Positions 58,293-64,000 of a stretch of DNA of 64,000 nt are shown here, in pieces. Source of the DNA: Chrysomallon squamiferum (taxonomy: Eukaryota > Animalia > Mollusca); the NCBI GenBank assembly GCA_012295275.1, contig CM022674.1:2852001-2916000 (forward strand), read 5' to 3'. How positions within the stretch are numbered: the stretch's first letter is position 1; each line of letters begins with the position of its first letter. The notes below the pieces were generated by a model. The model was not told where the DNA came from. It saw only the letters and a list, made by a program, of their open reading frames with translations, and made no database searches. Both the position numbers and the translations under genes were made by a program.

Positions 58293-58815
58293 GATGGAAA
58301 AGGAGAAGTCCACGCCTTCTCGTCAGACCCGCCCCTCTACATAAGTCACTTTGACGCGGGAACTGACAGCTGCCCTTATTTGGACACATGCTTAGAATAC
58401 GAAGCAGACTTGGATGAGACTGAGGCTGGATCGAGGATGTGGTGCAAGTGATTATAATATATAACAAATTCAAGAAATATTGAATGATTTTCATCACTGC
58501 TTAAATGCTATTTCTACCACAACAAGTACACCAACAACAACCATTACTACTACTACTGCTACTACTACTACTGCTACTGCTAATACTTTTACTGGTACTA
58601 CTGCTACTACAAATACTTCTGCTGATATTGCTACTACCACTACTGCTACTATTGCTACTACTGCTACCACAACGTCTACTACTAACAACAATAATAGTAA
58701 TACAATAATAAATAGTAATAATTATTATTATTAATGTAATAAGAAAAAAAAAAGTCGAAAGAGGTACAGAAAAAAGAATAGCGACAAAAAAATATTAAAT
58801 AACTAATAACTAATA

Positions 58816-58872
<57 letters not shown>

Positions 58873-59514
58873 CAACTTAAAATAAATAAATAAATAAAAA
58901 TAAATAAATAAATAAATAAACATATAGATAAAACTGCGAAAGAATAATAAAACATCTGTACCCACAACAATAATACTTCTATTAAAACAACATCTACCAC
59001 AATTACTACTACTATTACTACCACCACTGCTACTACTACTACTACTATTACTACTGATACGACTACTAATGACAACAAACAACAAAACAACAACGGTGTT
59101 ATTTCTTTTCTAATCTTGCTAGTATTTATTCTTTTTACAGGCGTTTCCAAGAATTTTTCATCTGTGTCATTAAAACTTGCAGATGAATGCAATTTGAACC
59201 GCTGTCTTATACAAGATCAGCTGCATCCATCTAGAAAGTATTGTCTTAGCAAATGCCAACGGAAACGTAAGTACCCGGATGTTTGCTATTTGTATAGAGT
59301 TGATGTCCAAATTAGAGCTATACGTATCAGTATCTTTATTAACTGAATAAATAAGCATTATAAATCGACATTAAGGCATGGTCGATAACTATAAGACCGA
59401 GAATACGGTTATAAATATTCGTGAGTGTGTTGGAGATTTGGAAATAGTTGAAGAAAGTTGCGAAAACCGCTCATTCGAATATGTTTTCTTTACTATTAAA
59501 TATCACAACAGAAC

Positions 59515-59580
<66 letters not shown>

Positions 59581-59989
59581 CATCCATCCATCTTTCTACG
59601 TATGTATTTTTGTGGAAATATAGATTACATATAGTTAGATATAAATAAATAAATAAATACATTTTCTTACAGGTTTTTGTACTCCATACTCGATAGATTG
59701 TCGAAACGTCACAACATCTACCCCGACCACATCCACTACAACTGTTGCAGCAACGAGCACATTTCTGAACAACTCCACTAATGACGTAACAAACGTAACT
59801 ATGGGAAATGACGTCACTAACAGCTCTACCGTGAACTCAGAAACGGCAAGGTATCCCTCAACTTCTGAGATAAATTTCAACCCTTATGAGATGGCACAGT
59901 GGAATTATGCAGCTAAGATTACATGTTCAAAATGGCTCTTGCTAGCTATGGTAGCTAACATGTTTGCAGCCACGAAATTCTGGATGTAA
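57725..59989 (+). CDS. Hypothetical secreted/GPI-anchored protein (163-169 aa): signal peptide, 6-Cys domain, Thr/Ser-rich stalk, hydrophobic C-terminus
   Basis: Exons 57725-57773 (MKFSTWILVLALTFDP, donor GTAAGT), 59141 (or 59123)-59266 (donor GTAAGT), 59673-59989. Both introns are phase 1, the frame is continuous and the acceptors are pyrimidine-rich (ctttttacag, ttttcttacag). Confidence 0.75.
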
Positions 59990-60286
59990 ATTGTTTCAGT
60001 TACTTCTTGTAACGTGAATTAAAGAAACATCTTGAAGTTAAGTGCTTTAAGGTTTTGTACTGTATTATTAATTCATCATTATCATTATTTAACGAAGAAA
60101 TCTGCAACATACAGAAACATTTTAATATGTGATATTTATCGACGCTTTCAACCTTTGATTGTTTGTTTATCTATAAAAAAACAAGCAAGAAAGAACATGA
60201 TAAAGCGACTATGGAACAAAAGAAATATGTTATTTGGATTTTATCAGATATGAAAATCATTCAACATGAAGGCAAACATTAAAATA

Positions 60287-60349
<63 letters not shown>

Positions 60350-60379
60350 CTTTATAACTGAAGTAACTCAAATTTCGAT

Positions 60380-60416
<37 letters not shown>

Positions 60417-61132
60417 TGAAAACACCAACACTAACACACTGGTCGATCAAATTTGTATTATATGATGTATATCAAAATACAGACACCAACAACAACAATA
60501 ATAACGCAATAAAAATTATTTAAAACTTATGTAGCAACATTTCATATACCCAAATAAAATTGTCTTAAAAATAAGCTATAAAAAGAAGATATAAATACAT
60601 GTGTAAGTAATAAAACAAAAACTATTCAGCAGAGAGACAATTTAAAAAATATGTGAATTTCTTTTTATATGAATAAAATACCTTTAATTAAACATAAATA
60701 TTTTAAGAATTAAGAACTTTAATAAAATAAAATAAAATAAAAATAAAAATTAATAATAATAAAACATAATGTTTTTTTTTTTAAAATTCTCATCTTAATA
60801 ATAATAATAATGTATACTATACAGTTAATCATGTACATATTACTGATATAATGTTCTCAACATAGGTTTTTAAAAAATCCACTGGCTTTCTCTACTCAGC
60901 AACAGAACAGAAATGTGTACAATACACTGTTATTAATGCCAGCATTTCACTTCAGATCAGTTTTATTCCATGATTATAATACTCAGCAAAAGAGAGCTTA
61001 TATTTACAGTGGCATTTCATTTCAACTTATATCAGGAATTAATGCTCTCGGTGCAAACAATTCTTAATTTATACAACAGACATTTGTTCAGATGCAATTT
61101 ATATTTTTAATTATAAACAATGTTTTCAATTA

Positions 61133-61209
<77 letters not shown>

Positions 61210-62222
61210 CATATGCAAGTGTACATGTGTATAAGTAATTATAAGCATATACCTGTTTATTCACATAGATTTATGGACAGGTAAATAACAGCCAGAATCA
61301 GTGAATGTAACAATATCAGTTGTTTTCTTATATGTAATTTCTCTCACATAATTTGATACAACTGACATAAAAATAAAATAAAATAAAATAAAAAAACACC
61401 TAAGAAGATGGCAGAAACACAAAGAGACATAACTCCTGTCCCTTTCATTTTTTGCGGATTCTGAAAATGTAATCTCTGAAAAAATTCAAATTTCTAATGT
61501 TTCACATGAAGACCAATCTGACTGGTATTAAAACGTGCTTGTAATAAATTAGTTTTATGATATTTTATTGTGCAATATAAACATTGTCATTAATTTTTAT
61601 TATAATAAAAAGGATCTGTTTTCTTCAGAATATCTCTTTAAAGCTGAAAACTGCAAGAGGTAGAACAGGGTCATGAGAAATATTTTTGTGTTCTAATATA
61701 AATGGCAACGAGTGGGTATATTTGTTTGCTTTTTTAATTATTTATTTAAAGGGAAATACTATTGAATTTTGATGCAGAAAGATTTGAATAAATTAGATTT
61801 CCAATTCTTCCGTTATAAAATAAGCATAGTGGGCTTTCAGTTGGTAAATAAATAGCTATAAAAAACATGTTTTCAACAAAATAATTTTTTTTTTTATAAA
61901 CCAAATGATTATTGGAAAAATTCAACCATTTATCGTTAATTTTAACAATTCAAAACATTTCTAAATTTTTCTCATCAATTTATTTCTCTCGTTTTTTTTT
62001 CTTTTCTGAATCAAAGATTTTTCTTTAAAATACTCCTAAATATTTCTTTTCAGTATTTTTATTTTTATCAATTATTTTCTGAATCAGTACCTGTCTGAAA
62101 CAATTTTTTTTTCATGATTGTTTATTAAATGGGATTAACAAAAATTAGAAAAGCTGTGCTATATTTTTTTTTTTTTTGACAAGTTTTATAAAAATCTTCG
62201 TTTGATTTCAACATTTCGCTGT

Positions 62223-63569
62223 TCAGTTTATCTGCCATTTTTCAAAAAAGTCATTTCCTTTGTTGTCAACAACAATAAAAGCTGGAAAATTCTCAACCTC
62301 AACCCTCCATACAGCCTCCATTCCTAGAAAAAATTAAAAATTTAAAAATTATAAAAATATGTAAAACAAGTTGTATACACTACGCTGATAAAAGTAAATA
62401 CTTTAGTAACGCTGAAAATATACAAGTATGTAAGTTAATAAATATGTAAATAAATAAATAAGTAAGTAGATAAGTAAGAAGGTATGTACATAATTAAGTT
62501 TATAAATAAGTATACAAATAAGCATAGAAGTAAAAAAAGTAATGAATAATGTAAGCTGATGTAAGTAATAAAAGAAAAATACAAGTAAAAAAATAAAATA
62601 AATTTCTTCAATATATATATATATATATATATATAATGAAAATACATATATACATTCATACATACCTACATATAATCTATATAATCCACACCCCAACATA
62701 CACATAGGAAAATAAAAACAAAATCAAAAATAATACCCCCCCCAAAACCCAATTATATTACCAATTAACAATTTTCTAAAACACAACTTGGATATGTTAC
62801 AAACTAATTGATCAGAGTGAGATACAAGGCAATGAAAACAAAACAATGCTGACCTAATTCGGGATACTCTAACACTTCAACTTTCTTGATGCAGTTCTGA
62901 GCTAATATGGCAGCTGGTCCACCAATGGAACCCAGATAGAAACCCCCATGATTCTTACAAGCATTTGTAACCTGCGAGATGAAGAAAAACAAAACGATAA
63001 AGTAAACAAGCATTTCTCTTTAATTAGTACATTATCATGTACTGACAAAAATTAATGGGTTTTGGGGTCTTAACCTGAGAAAAAAGCTTATTACAATTAC
63101 GTAATTTCTTATATATACAAATCAATCGTATGTTTAGTAATTTAATTAATATCTATAGGTAGTGATAACGCTATACATATATCATGTAAAGGAGAATGTG
63201 TGTATTATCTGGTCAATGTAGGATTTTATTAAACCAGTTTAGTGTGTGTGTGTGTGTGTGTGTTTGTCAGTGTGTGTATGTTTGTGAGTATGTATATGTG
63301 TTTGTGTACAAAGAAAGAGTTAGAAAGAGACACATATGAAGACAGCAGTATGTACTTGCTTAAACTGAAATACAAATTATTTAAAACTTTTCAAAAAGTG
63401 TTCAAAACACATGAAATGAAATACCACACACACACACAAACACACCTACCTGTTTACTTCTGTTGCCTTTTGCTAACATGATCATACTTCCTCCAGCTGC
63501 CTGAAACTCATCAACGTAAGAGTCCATTCTACCTGCAGTGGTGGGTCCAAATGAGCCACTAGCATACCC
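62223..63569 (-). CDS. Class I (4Fe-4S, FumA/FumB-type) fumarate hydratase, last three exons; the 5' part lies beyond the window
   Basis: Exons (minus): 63569-63450 [40 protein letters not shown]; 62971-62854 [39 protein letters not shown]; 62323-62223 [33 protein letters not shown]. This closely matches the FumA C-terminal signature [27 protein letters not shown] as I recall it. Confidence 0.93.
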
Positions 63570-64000
63570 CTAACACAGAAACATTAACACTCTGTTATTA
63601 ACCTTTTAATGTACAGCACAAACTCAAATCTCTCTTTCCTAGGTTAAATAAAAATGCTTTGTAAAGGAAGTAAAGTATTTTGTACCCCTAACACAAAAAC
63701 ATTAACACCTCTGATATTAACCTTTTAATGTGCAGCACAAACTCAAATCTTTCTTTCCTAGGTTAAATAAAAATGCTTTGTAAAGGAAGTAAAGTATTTT
63801 GTACCCCTAACACAAAAACATTAACACCTCTGATATTAACCTTTTAATGTACAGCACAAACTCAAATCTTTCTTTCCTAGGTTAAACAAAAACACTTTGT
63901 AAAGGAAGTAAAGTATTTTGTACCCCTAACACAAAAACATTAACACTCCAATATTAACCTTTTAATGTGCAGCACAAACTCAAATCTTTCTTTCCTAGGT
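63565..64000. repeat. Intronic tandem repeat, 118-119 bp unit, at least 3.7 copies, running off the window end
   Basis: Units starting tacccctaacac at 63565, 63683, 63802 and 63921. High identity (cagcacaaactcaaatct..ttcctaggttaa..tttgtaaaggaagtaaagtattttg). Confidence 0.95.

Noticed and set aside
62223-63569. Bacterial contamination or a recent insert as the source of the fumarase
   Set aside because: Canonical spliceosomal introns containing host-type microsatellites.
63565-64000. CRISPR array (also considered for the 21-bp repeats at 24456-24589)
   Set aside because: Head-to-tail repeats without unique spacers, in a eukaryotic context with no cas genes.

Overview
AT-rich, microsatellite-saturated animal genomic DNA with GT-AG spliceosomal introns. 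The repeat style and gene content look molluscan, possibly cephalopod (inference). Most ORFs in the supplied track are microsatellite read-throughs. Splicing by eye gives six genes: (1) a myosuppressin/FMRFamide-receptor-like GPCR (+, 12.6-13.7 kb); (2) a kinase-less, two-transmembrane guanylate cyclase (-, 23.8-29.7 kb) with a degenerate NIT-like (nitrate/nitrite-sensing) loop, a 1-nt frameshift just before the catalytic domain and a long repetitive tail; (3) an 11-exon SLC17/sialin-like transporter (+, 42.3-51.4 kb), also with an apparent 1-nt excess; (4) a short RNF19-like RBR E3 ligase (-, 52.3-55.9 kb) whose catalytic His is replaced by Glu; (5) an unrecognised 3-exon secreted, probably GPI-anchored, 6-Cys/mucin-stalk protein (+, 57.7-60.0 kb); (6) the last three exons of an intron-containing class I (Fe-S, FumA/B-type) fumarate hydratase (-, 62.2-63.6 kb), next to a 118-119 bp tandem repeat that copies its splice acceptor. 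No CRISPR, rRNA, intact tRNA or transposase/RT coding sequence was seen. All coordinates were read manually and no database searches were run.
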